A stretch of DNA of 63,906 bases, counting the filler, from Octopus bimaculoides (taxonomy: Eukaryota), in NCBI RefSeq assembly GCF_001194135.2. It is 8 parts of 7 records of this genome, joined end to end, with 100 filler letters (N's around TTAATTAATTAA, not from the genome) between each part and the next. Parts side by side here need not be neighbours in the genome. Positions count along the whole stretch, not along the records: positions 38,062 to 43,134 come from NC_068981.1; positions 43,235 to 58,547 come from NC_068983.1; 6 more parts are not named here. The stretch is one strand, 5' to 3'. A program made the translations under genes and the position numbers. Of the stretch, positions 39,560-51,200 are shown in pieces. Positions within the stretch are counted from its first letter, which is position 1. Every line of letters begins with the position of its first letter. A model generated the notes under the pieces. That model was not told where the DNA came from and did not search any database. It saw only the letters and a program-made list of their open reading frames with translations.

Positions 39560-40440
39560 CTATTAGAGAGATGCTAAACATAAACCTATGGTCCTGCACA
39601 GGTGATGTTATCAACTGGTTGTGCATTCTTCAAGACAAAAACTTCCTCATTCCTACAATTAGACATAAACAATTACTTCGCATGCATATCACCAATGCTC
39701 CTTAAAAAACGCCTTAACTTTAGCTACAAATCTAAACAACATAACCCCCTTACAAATTGATGCAACTCTATCAGCCAGGCGGACCTTTATATCCTTAAAT
39801 ACTACGCTTTGGTCCCGTCCTGTAGTAATCTCAATACTAACAGAAGCATCTTCTTTGAAATAACCATGTCACGAATCAAGACGGACTGCACTCAGGTCAC
39901 GAATCTAGACGGACTGTTCCTCCTTCAACAACTCACACACAGTTCCAACTTATCAACTGAAGTTTAAATAGAGATGATGCATTTTTATTTGCAACAGGCC
40001 TAACAGAATCTGCATTAAAACAAAACTAGTAAACTCTTACATAAAATCTTCGCCAACTTCAACCTATCTATTTCTTTTGAAAACTCTTAAAAGACAGCAG
40101 ATTTTATCGATGTTGCATTAGATTGAAACTCTTCACTCTACTTCCTATATCAAAAGATCCAATCAATACTTTAAGAACGTCAACTCTGAAACTAGCCACC
40201 ATAAATCTACTTTCGACAGTATACATAAAGGCATATACATCAGAATATCTAATCTATCCGCCACTGAAGAGACCATCAATAGTTATGCCAGCTACCACAA
40301 CAAAGCACTAGCTGCTAGTGGTTTCTACCAGCAGATTAGACTTAAAGAACACCTCTCTAAACTTAGCACTAGACAAACACGCACAAATATTGCATATCCA
40401 ACCCTCCCGTTATGGTTAGAACTGAAAGAAGTTATATTAT
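39560..40440 (+). mobile_element. Decayed Penelope-like RT fragment
   Basis: ADFIDVALD*NSSLYFLYQK.. at ~40095-40150 matches PLE VNFLDVTL.L....Y.PY.KP. DG-L motif near 39910. Confidence 0.6.
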
Positions 40441-40871
40441 AGTTCACGGTCGGTAACTGGATTTGCTGAGTTTGCTAATAAAAATCCAAAATTTAGGGAA
40501 TGTATTAGATAACATATAGTCTATATATGTTACATAGTTACAACCTTGGCAGTTGTAATAACCCAAATGATGGGCACTCGGCTAGCTACTAATCATGGGA
40601 TATCTTGACGATAATATAACGTTCATTTGATCATGGCATATTTGGCCTGATAAGTAACTGGATTATATACACTCCGTAGAATACACACATGCATCCATAT
40701 ATGTATGTATGGATGTATGTATCCACATCATTTTCTTTCCTCCCTTTTTCACATCCAGTGTTAGATTCAACTTATGACCAACATAAATAATATAAAAGTA
40801 ATTCGGATTTAGTACACACATCTTTTTGTAGAATACTGACATATTCCATAACCAATATGAACTTTGCTTAC

Positions 40872-40930
40872 TTGATATTTTCTTCGGCATTTCTTTTATC
40901 TGAGCGCATGTAACGTTCGGTGCGACGCTC
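40872..40930 (-). CDS. Candidate exon 3 of the unidentified spliced gene
   Basis: caacag|GAG...ATC AA|gtaagc, 59 nt, phase 0 to 2, ERRTERYMRSDKRNAEENI. Confidence 0.6.
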
Positions 40931-41010
40931 CTGTTGCAGTGTCGAACGTCATAATTTGATCCGTAACCAGTTGCGTGACAGTTTATTACTTTATTTGCTA
41001 ATACACTTAC

Positions 41011-41063
41011 CTGCTCAATTAAGACGCTACGAACAGCCAATTTTTCATTAAGCAGGTGTAACA
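41011..41063 (-). CDS. Candidate exon 2 of the unidentified spliced gene
   Basis: ctacag|TG...CAG|gtaagt, 53 nt, phase 1 to 0, only one open frame (V)LHLLNEKLAVRSVLIEQ. An 80-nt intron separates it from exon 3. Confidence 0.6.
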
Positions 41064-41148
41064 CTGTAGTTTGTTATTTGCAGCTCAGTATGGATGTCCG
41101 TCTTTTAAACTAGTAGACTGTACTGATTAACTTGCCTCATGATATTTA

Positions 41149-41188
<40 letters not shown>

Positions 41189-41492
41189 CATAAATATATA
41201 GGGGTCAGCATAAGTTGCTTCACCGACATATTGAACATTTACACAAACACATCTATATGTTTCTATGCATTCATCTGAAAGAAGGTATGTGGTTGCACAT
41301 GAAAATTAGGGTGCATCATCATGACCCGGCACATAGGCAAATATTTAATGCATAGTCGATGATTTGCATATCATAAGAAGTAGATCAAATATGCATGATA
41401 TTAAATAGAAAATTTAAATTCTTCGTGCACATGCATAAATTCATCGATATAAACACTGCTTAGTATCTGTCTCGCTGCCTCGCATTTTGTCC

Positions 41493-41517
41493 TTGACTCA
41501 AAATAATAAGAATAATG

Positions 41518-41594
<77 letters not shown>

Positions 41595-41722
41595 AAGAAG
41601 AAGAAGAAGAAGAAGAAGAAGAAGAAGAAGAAGAAGATGATGATGATGAAGATGATGATGATGATGATGATGATGACGATTCTGATGATGACAGTTACAT
41701 TGATACTAATAACATTCGTTTC

Positions 41723-41780
<58 letters not shown>

Positions 41781-41782
41781 AC
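41493..41782. repeat. Compound trinucleotide microsatellite (AAT)n(AAG)n(ATG)n...(ATT)n
   Basis: Direct reading. Confidence 0.95.
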
Positions 41783-42012
41783 TGATTTTTTTTATTATTT
41801 ACGTTCTGAGGTGCAGTAGAGTGTTGTTTTCTCTAATACGTCCGTATGTCTACTAAATCGAATACGTTACACAATTGTTTATAATGTGATATCGGGATAT
41901 ATAAAATGAATGTCAAATCTATATCTATATATGTGTGTGCGTGTGTATATATGTATGTATGTATGTATGAATGTATGTATGTATGTATGTATGTATGTAT
42001 GTATGTATGTAC

Positions 42013-42058
<46 letters not shown>

Positions 42059-42203
42059 NNNNNNNNNNNNNNNNNNNNNNNNNNNNNNNNNNNNNNNNNN
42101 NNNNNNNNNNNNNNNNNNNNNNNNNNNNNTAAAACCACAATAAATGTCCGCATGGCATGATTAGCGAAGACGAAGACCAAATGAACCAGTAAAAATAAGA
42201 TAA

Positions 42204-42263
42204 TTCCAAATCCTGGATTTCTGGCTTTGCATAAATAATAATGTTCTGCCTTCATCAGTGGAA
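42204..42263 (-). ncRNA. Type I hammerhead-like motif, one defect at the base of stem II
   Basis: UUCCA-CUGAUGA-A-GGC(long loop)GCC-A-GAAA-UCC(A)GGAU-U-UGGAA. Stem I 5 bp, stem III 4 bp with a 1-nt loop, triplet AUU. Confidence 0.55.
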
Positions 42264-43234
42264 TATACTCTAGTACATAAATACAAACACATGCATATGA
42301 ACAGTATACTTACATATACGGACGTATACATACATATATATGCACGTATGCACACGACTAGCTTAAATAGCCCGCCTAAACCACCTTTCGTGCGATCCGG
42401 ACAGAATATCAGCGCAGTAAATACACTGATAAAATTATATTTATATAAATAAGGATAAGATCGATATTTAAAATATTTAAAATATTGATCTTATCAAGTG
42501 GTCAACATGGGAATAAAAACCATCAAAGGTAATAATTATTTAAAATTATAATACAGGGTATCAAGAGATACCACCACGCTGAAAAAATAGCAATCAAATC
42601 CTGACTCTAACACCACTTCTATCTTAATGAATAAAAATTCTTCGGATAGAATAAATGGGTTAATAGAAACCAATGTAGCAAAGAACACAAAATAACTTTG
42701 GTGTAGTTCCTGTTTTTAAGGCAGGAACTCCTTGAAATTTTGGGTATTTGAGTATATTTAAAAATTTAAGGAATGGAGAAAACGCATGTTATAATTGCAT
42801 ACTTTATTCCTACATATGTTTCAAAGGATTACAACCTATGTGATCCATAGGGATCTGTGATATTAAAATTATGACCTTCTCTTCAGGGACAGTATGGGAA
42901 TCATCTTAAACGTAAGACATTATGATCGAGTATGAAAACAATAGATGGATAAGGTTATGACGTGATTCATTTGAAAAAAAAAACCGTTAGAGAGTTGGAC
43001 GCTACCGGATAGTGGATTGGACAACACATACATATAAATGTGTGAAAACATACATGCATACATAATTACATATACACATAGACACACATACATACATATA
43101 TATACACATATATATATACACATATGTATGTATANNNNNNNNNNNNNNNNNNNNNNNNNNNNNNNNNNNNNNNNNNNNTTAATTAATTAANNNNNNNNNN
43201 NNNNNNNNNNNNNNNNNNNNNNNNNNNNNNNNNN

Positions 43235-43275
<41 letters not shown>

Positions 43276-43404
43276 GCTAATATAGAAAAGGATGGGGGAA
43301 AGCGCTATAATACTACGGGATTTGAATTTCGAGAGTTGATGTAAATCATAGCTGTTTTAATCACATCAAATTGACAATACAATTGTGACGGTCAAAATTT
43401 GATA

Positions 43405-43575
43405 TTTATTATCGATAGAGGCATCTTGGGCAAGTGCCTTCTAGTAAGGCCTCGGCCAACCGAAGCCTTATAAGTTGATTTGGTAAACGGAAACTGAAAG
43501 AAGCCCGACGTATATATGTGTGTGTGGGGTGGGTGGGTCTTTGTATCTGTATTTACCCCCACCCCTCCACACACG

Positions 43576-43610
<35 letters not shown>

Positions 43611-43690
43611 CGCTTGACAACCGGTGCTGATTTGTTTACGAATCCGTAATTTAGCGGCAAAAATGACACCAATAGAATAAGTACCAAGCT
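43405..43690 (+). mobile_element. CORE-type SINE body and tail
   Basis: ggcatcttgggcaagtgccttctag...cggaaactgaaagaagcccgacg, then the tail ccgcttgacaaccggtg. Confidence 0.8.
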
Positions 43691-44350
43691 TAAAAAAAAA
43701 AAGGAACACGTAAAGAAACACTTTTTGGTCCATGAATTAGCTTTATTTAAATAAGTTTATATAAAACAGTTTGCGCTACGTGGAATTTTGCTTCTGTGAT
43801 CATAGTTGACGATCTTAATGTCAACACTAACAGTACCGACGACGTTGGAAGCATTATATTCAGATTTTATTTGTGTCTAAAGGTTATTCGATGTTACCAG
43901 AATATTCATGAAAATTCTTGTATTGTTTATATTAGTGGTTCGCATGATATTCGAGGGTCCATGTAAGATTTCGTCGTTAAAATTCATGCAATAAATTGGT
44001 TATACTTCCACAATACACGAACTATTATAACTATTTTTAAAAATACAATTTCTAATAATATTTAATTATAAAAATATAAGATTTTAAAACTTAAATAGTT
44101 ATGAGGGTCCACCCGAGTAAAATAGTAATCAAAGAGGTCCATAAGTAAAAAATGGTTGAAAAAACCCTAGTTTAGATGGATTGTACATGAATGAAATCCG
44201 TGCAAACCTAAACCACAAAACAGTTTCATCAATAGGTACCTTTCGTTACATGAAAAACAGTTGTCATAGGTAATAATTAGTATCACATTCGAGTTTTTCT
44301 AATGGCATTATCCACATCCGGAGAAAAAATTGTTGTTAATATACACAAAC

Positions 44351-44507
44351 CAGCAGCTTTATCGCTACCATCATCGTCAGCCAGGATCTCCAAAAGAAGT
44401 TTGGTCAGGTGAAACAAAACTCGTTTCTTTCTATTCATTGTGTCACGCAGTAGGGTGAAACTTGGAATCTTGTGGCTACAAAGCGAATTTGTTAACCAAT
44501 AGGCCAT
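44351..44507 (-). CDS. Candidate first coding exon of the unidentified spliced gene
   Basis: Polypyrimidine tract with AG acceptors (44520 or 44514). ATG in context agaATGG. MAYWLTNSLCSHKIPSFTLLRDTMNRKKRVLFHLTKLLLEILADDDGSDKAA, donor CTG|gtttgt in phase 1 matching exon 2. Confidence 0.5.
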
Positions 44508-46825
44508 TCTGCACCTACAACTGTATATGCACAACCAAAAGAAAAACAAAAACATCACAATCACAGTTTGAGTAGTATTTTTTCGTAAACCTTCGAAACA
44601 ATCTTTAAACAATCGACTGCTTCTTTTTTTTTTCTATGAGAGCTGGAAATGCCCAACTATTACGTAAATAGTTATCGATATTATCAATATAGATAATACT
44701 GTACTGGATAATCAATATCTCTCTGTATACTTGTATAGTCACTCAAAACAACATATAAGGGACACCTACTCCTGCAGCGCTTGTGGCAATGAAATAACCT
44801 AATGTAAAGATACTCAGGTCAATGATAAAACTAGAGGAAAATACCAACACCTAGTGTCGCAGAATCAGATATTTATACGTAATCACAGCACTGAATTAAC
44901 AATTAAGCAAAAGAAGCACGTGATTAGGATATCAAGGAAAGCGGGGCATCACAGAAACGGTAAATGGTTTACAAATGAAATCCTCTTAAACTTGCTAAAA
45001 TAATATTCGGGATGTCATATTTCTACTAAGGTGTTACGTATGTTTAATTTTGAGGATCTGATCCAGGACTTTGCCATTAAAAAACAGTAGGAGAAAATTT
45101 CTCAAATATAAATTAAGTGGAAGCAAACAAAACAAAAAAAAACATTACTTTCCAATTTACTGTAAGTTTTACTTCGTTTCGAAAGATAAAAAATTTATTT
45201 TGTGGTTTATTATTGTTTATACTCTGAATTACATATATATGTAGGCACCAAAAGTCTTTTGAGTGCTTAGGGCCTCTATGGGTCTTAATCCGACCCTGTG
45301 CAATCATATGGCCTAAATATAACGTAAGGTTTATGATGAACAATACATTCACCACTCACCAGCAAAATTTTATGAAAGAATCTGAAAATATACAGAGATT
45401 CTACACTCTTCTGAGAGAGATGTTAATGATAAGTTTAAGCATTAATTCAAGACATGCGAGTCATTTCATTATCGAATACGAACAGTCATTAAATAGAAGT
45501 TTGCTTCTAACCCATAAGCTGTAAACTAGAGGATAAAAAAAAATCCCTGTAAGAAAGAGCCCAGCTTCAGGAATTTCATAAATCGTTCTACGCTGAGTTT
45601 TGGAATGAAGGGGAAAATATAAACGATAATACGTCGTGGATGGATGCAATCAGGAAGGAATACTGGACCAGCATAAACATAAAAGCTTACACTGTTGATA
45701 CCGGGCACTAAAAATATTAATAAAAAGGAAGGCATCAGAAACGGATTTAATAATTATATCTTGGAATAAAATGTTGACGTTCTACGAACAACTGTCACGA
45801 TTTATGATTTAAAGAATTATATAAGACCAACTCTTGTAGTAAAGAATGAAACATCCTCTAAGCGGAGGCCTGTTACGTTCTGAAACATTATATATGAGCT
45901 TTATGCAGTTATACAATTCTAAGACTGTTATGAGTCCAACAAGTTAGGGACTGATGATCAGATAGGCGAAAAGAAAGTTGCAGGTGGGAATAGATCAAAC
46001 AACTTTTGATTAATATTTTTGATGTTCAGTATCTTCATACGAGGAATATTATTGGAGCGTCCCTCTCAAAACATTCTTTAAGAGCAAGTGCAAGCCGGTC
46101 TAATAAAGTTTTGGACAAAAACTGTGTACTGTGTACCAGCAGCTCGCGTGAACACTTAATTCACGACAGACTGACAACATCTACGGTCAACATCTCTACC
46201 CAGATTATAAATTGACTTTTCTATTCAGAATTTTCTAACATTTGTTCGTGCTCTTAATTATGTTACTAAGTGTCTAAGTTCGGATTTTGAAGGAAAAAAT
46301 GACTAAATAGGACATTATGCTTCAAATTTCATCTGTAAAAGTCTAGTAAAATTGTTTAAATTCCAACGTTTGAGCTTTGTTTCTATACTAGAAGCTTCAA
46401 ATTTAATGAAATAGTTAAGATAATTAAAAAAGGAGAATTATACATATAAACACACATACACACACACCACCATACAACACACTACCATACCACACCACTT
46501 CACACCACCCCGCACACATTAGCACTGACCACTTCCCAGCACCCACACCAGCGTACACACTAGCACACTTCCCGGCGCCCACACCATCATCCACACACCT
46601 ACACATGCACACCCGCACACGTCAAGGTCACCCCCCTTCCACACGCACACACACGCTCTCCCATACACACGCACGTGCATCTTCGTTTTGGGATCACCAC
46701 TACTTTATTATCTCCTCTTCTTCCTAGCTCTCCTGTGTGACCCCTCAGTCCGGCATTCGCCATGATTGATCGCTAGCCACTAAACCTTTTTTATTTTCTC
46801 TCGCTGTTAATTTATGTGTTCCTTC

Positions 46826-46858
46826 CTGTCGAAGAGCGTAGGCTCGAAACGTAAAAGA
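46826..46858 (+). ncRNA. Variant minimal hammerhead-like motif in a dispersed repeat
   Basis: CUGUCGA-A-GAGC(GUAG)GCUC-GAAAC-GU-A-AAAGA. A6 is replaced by U and stem I is imperfect in this copy. Confidence 0.35.
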
Positions 46859-46999
46859 CTTTCTCACTTCCCGAGCGTTAAACTAATACATCTGTTTGTT
46901 GTTAACACACTCGTCTTCGTTTTTTGTTTTTTTGTAAATTCTCACTATATGTAGGTATATACGTATATGTATGTATATATGTATATGTATGCATATATG

Positions 47000-47030
<31 letters not shown>

Positions 47031-47619
47031 TCATGTATGTATGTATGTATGTATGTATATACATACATATATATAGGTACGTATATAAACACACACACAC
47101 ATATACCATGTCACATCAACTAGGTTTGCTACATCCATCCAGACTTTGCAAGTTGTTCTTGTTTCAAAATAAATCAACAAAATCCGGGTGTCTGATGGGA
47201 AAAGAAAGGATGTTTTCGAAATCAGTTCAGCAAAGTTCACCAAATGAAGTAGTTTGGGTGAGGTGCGAAGAAAAGAAAATTTAAACGTTTCCAGTTTTAC
47301 GTGAAAGCCAACTTTAGTTGACCAAGCAGAATAATCACACCTGTTTATGAATAATCATTACAGTTTCAGCTGTAATTGTTCGGCCAGTTTTTATTTAATT
47401 AAGCATCTACTGACCATTTCAACAATTTCACAGAGATTAAAGTTCAAGCGACTTGATTGGGTCACAAGTTTTTCGGTTGTCACTTAGACATGACTTAATC
47501 AATAAGTGGTAACGTTTTCCTCATCTCTGCATCAATGGCGGTTCAATATATAACTCTCTCTCTCTCCCTCCCTCCCTCTCTCTCTCTCTCTTTTCTCTCT
47601 CTGTCACAATTTACAACGA

Positions 47620-47682
47620 TGCAGGGAAGGAGGAGGTGGAGGAGGAAGGAAGGAAGGAAGGAAGAAGGAGATGATGATGGTG

Positions 47683-47740
<58 letters not shown>

Positions 47741-48000
47741 GGATGAGGATGAGGAGAATGGAAGACGACGTCGACGACGACACCAGCCGCCGACATCACC
47801 GTCGCCGCCACGACGACGACGACCACCATTACTATCACCTTCATCACCACCAACAGCTCCAAAACCACCGCTGCTACCACAATCACCATTAGCAGCAAAA
47901 CCACCACCACCATCACCGGCAGCATCAAAACCACCGGCACCAGCACCATCGCAACCGCCACCACCACCGCAGCTACCATCAAGTAACCACTCAACTACGA
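47620..48000. repeat. (GAT)n/(ACC/GCC)-rich low-complexity tract
   Basis: Direct reading. All frames give homopolymer-like translations. Confidence 0.8.
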
Positions 48001-48444
48001 ATAATTCATTACGGAAAGCATTCTCACAGAGAATATTTACATTCACACAGACACCACACAGACGACACCCCACCACACACACACGCACGCACGCGCGCGC
48101 ATATATGATTGAATGCTGCATTGTTGATATTTAGCACAAGATATCCCTAATCGAACTGACAAGACAAAATATATTGTCACCTTGAGAATCCCTTCTTTAT
48201 CGTAGGCATAGTGTAACTAGAACTAATCTAACGCAAGGGAGATTTGTTTGCTATTTCTAACATATCGAGAGATCACTTTGTAGCTTGTCCCTTTGTCTGC
48301 TCATTTTGCATGCTAAATGAACAATAGCGTCGTTGCAGATATTTACATAACCACCTGTGTACGGACGTTTTGTTTTTTTTTATTCTTTCATTTATTTGTG
48401 ATTTTGGCTACATTGGATCATTATCACTATGTCGATGATGAACG

Positions 48445-48685
48445 AAGGCAACCTCTCTCTCTTTCTCTCTCTCTTTTTCTCACTCTCTCTCTTTTTCTCA
48501 CTCTCTCTCTTTTTCTCACTCTCTCTCTTTTTCTCACTCTCTCTCTTTTTCTCACTCTCTCTCTTTTTCTCACTCTCTCTCTTTTTCTCACTATCTCTCT
48601 TTCTCTCTCTCTCTTTTTCTCACTCTCTCTCTTTTTCTCACTATCTCTCTTTCTCTCACTCTCTCTCTTTTTCTCACTCTCTCTC
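48445..48685. repeat. 18-bp minisatellite (ctctctctctttttctca)n
   Basis: Direct reading. Confidence 0.9.
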
Positions 48686-49024
48686 ACTTCTCTTTGTTCC
48701 ACCTTCACTTCTTTAACAATTACATACATATTACATGTACACAATACAGAAATGTTCATATGTATTTACATACACGCGCATATATGCCTTACGCAACCAA
48801 TATATTTACTTATATATTTAGAATATTTAGCAAACCAGTTGGAATATTTAGCAAATTTTTATAAACCTCATCGTGATCAATTGTCTTTATAACTGTCTCA
48901 AAGTGCAAATTTCTTAAAACATCAAATAACGATATAATATTGCTTTGAATAATTGCCAATGCCTGATTCAGAGTTAACAATTATGAATACTTCAGTTTCT
49001 TCTATTATTGCTATTATGTCTAAA

Positions 49025-49920
49025 ACGACGACTGGCAGAATCGTTAGAACGTCGGACGCGAATTTCAGTGACATTTCTTTTAAGGCTGGCAGAATTGTTA
49101 GCAGGTCGGGCAAAGTGCTTAGCGGTAATTCGTCCGTCTTCATGTTCTGAGTTCAAATTCCACCGAGGTCGACTTCGCCTTTTATACTTTGGGGGTCGAT
49201 AAAATAAGTACCGGTTGAGCACTGGGGCCGATTTAAGCGACTAGCCCCTACCCCAAGATTGTAGGCCTTGTGTCTATAGTAGAAAGGATTATTATAATTA
49301 ACTCTAGGGTAGAGAGCTGGTAGAAGCGTTAACGACGAAATGCTTTGCAGTATTTCTTTTGGCTCTTTACGTTCTGAGTTCAAATTCCGCTGAGGTCAAT
49401 GATGATGATGATGATGAGGAGGAAGAGGAGGCCTTTCATCCTTCGGGGTCGATGTAATTGACTAACACGCTTCCTTCAAAAATGATGGCTGGACTTGTAC
49501 CAAAAATTTAAAGCAATTATTATCGTAATCAATTCTAGCGTGGAGAGTGGCGGAATCATTACCACGTTGGAAAAAATGTTCTGCTGCATTTCTTCCGGTT
49601 CATTAAGTTTCAAATTCCACCAGAGCCAACTTTGCATTTCATCCCTCCGAACGCGAAGAAACAGTACCAACCAAGTTCTGCAGGCGATGTAATCGAGTAA
49701 CTTCCCTTGAAAACTAGTGGCCTTGTTCCTGGATCAGAAACCATTATTACAACTAACCGAAGCGCGGCGAGCGAGAAGAATCTTTTCACTGTTTGTTTCG
49801 GTTCTCTGCGTTAAAATATAGCCAAAATCAATTTTATCTTTCATCCTCTTAGGGCTCGATAAAATAAGTATCAGTGAAGTCCTGGGTCGATTTAATCGAC
49901 TAAAACTCTCGTGTCTATGA
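49025..49920 (+). mobile_element. Cluster of 3-4 SINE copies (family of 640-1275)
   Basis: Repeated gagttcaaattcc...ttgcatttcatcc...gataaaataagta blocks. Confidence 0.8.
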
Positions 49921-50230
49921 TTGACACAATTATTGTTATTTCATCTTTACGTATTGAGTGTTTCTTCTTTATATTTGCATTCACAGAAGCATACGCACAC
50001 ATATAGATACAAACTAGCACATATGCAGGCGTATGGCATGTACACACACGCCCCAAAAAGTATGTATACACACATACCTGTAAACACACACAAACGCACA
50101 CACACAAACACACACACACACACGCACACACACATAAAGGTAGATAGATATGAATATATATAAATGTATGTATGTATATACACACACACACATATATTTA
50201 TATACATATCTATACATACATACTAACGTA

Positions 50231-50789
50231 CTTGTTGAGGAAAAAAGTTCGTGCGCCGTGTTAAAATAATGATTTTTTTATGCATGAATTTATTTAAAAA
50301 CAACAACAAATGTTCTTGAAAATAAAGACCATCATTTTCCACGACCTTCTGCCAACAATCTGCAGGCTTTCGGATTTGGTGAAAGTACCAATACTTCGGC
50401 TTTGAATCGAAAAATTCTTGACAAGCTTCTTCAACTTTATCAAATGACAGAAATTGGCGACCTTTCATAAAGTGTTGCATTGATCGGAAGAGACCGTAGT
50501 CAGATAGAGCAACGTCTGGACGATAGGGTGGATGCGGCAGAACTTCAACACTGTCTACAATTCTTCGATTTTGTTACTAGTCTTTCTGACGGTATGCGGC
50601 TTTGCATTGTCTTGTTGAAACAAAGCGCGTTTTCATAATAGTTACATTGTTATGAACACAACTCAATAGTAATCAAAAACACATACACAGTGAGTCACCA
50701 TTGAACATGACATGAACTGAACACACTCCACAAAATTATATAAAAAAGCATTATTTTAAAACGGCGCACGAACTTTTTCCTCAACCTAA
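50231..50789 (-). mobile_element. Internally deleted mariner with both TIRs and TA target duplication
   Basis: TIRs gttgaggaaaaaagttcgtgcgccg and cggcgcacgaactttttcctcaac, TA at 50229-30 and 50790-91. Encodes HPPYRPDVALSDYGLFRSMQHF..WQKVVENDGLYF. Confidence 0.9.
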
Positions 50790-50894
50790 TATATATGTAG
50801 TGAAACTACCTATCCCGATTAGATACAAAACTGCTATCGCCATTCTTCTCATTTAAATATAAATAAACGCGAGCGTAGCAGAGAACCCATTCCT

Positions 50895-51200
50895 TGTCAT
50901 CACGTGACTGATTATTATTCGAATCGGCAACTTCTTCGAACCGTTCCCGCCAGAACGCAAACTGACCAATCACAGCCCTTAATAAGGTCACGTGATAGTG
51001 TTTTTCTGCTACCGTCTTGGAGCCGATAATTCGCTATAAATAGATCAACTCATACCCAACAAATTTGTCTCGGTCCAGTTTCTCTTTGAGAACTGTTCCG
51101 TGTACCACACGACAGCAGCAGCAACAATCAACCAGCGACCACTTCAACAGCTTCGTCCAGCCAACGATGACCACCGCCGTCGCCACATCAGCAATACGAG
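50895..51200 (+). promoter_or_regulatory. Candidate Pol II promoter and 5' end
   Basis: TCACGTGAC at 50900, CCAAT at 50966, GTCACGTGA at 50987, TATAAAT at 51035, locally CpG-rich. ATG at 51167 has A at -3 (MTTAVATSAIR), then an N gap. Confidence 0.55.

Noticed and set aside
47535-48134. Asp/Pro-rich 199-aa ORF
   Set aside because: It is built from trinucleotide repeats, is open in several frames on both strands, and has no splice or homology support.
50810-50843. Minus-strand first exon MAIAVLYLIGI as the start of the 44.5-kb gene
   Set aside because: The donor is weak (gtagtt), and splicing to either 44.5-kb acceptor hits a stop within about 10 codons.
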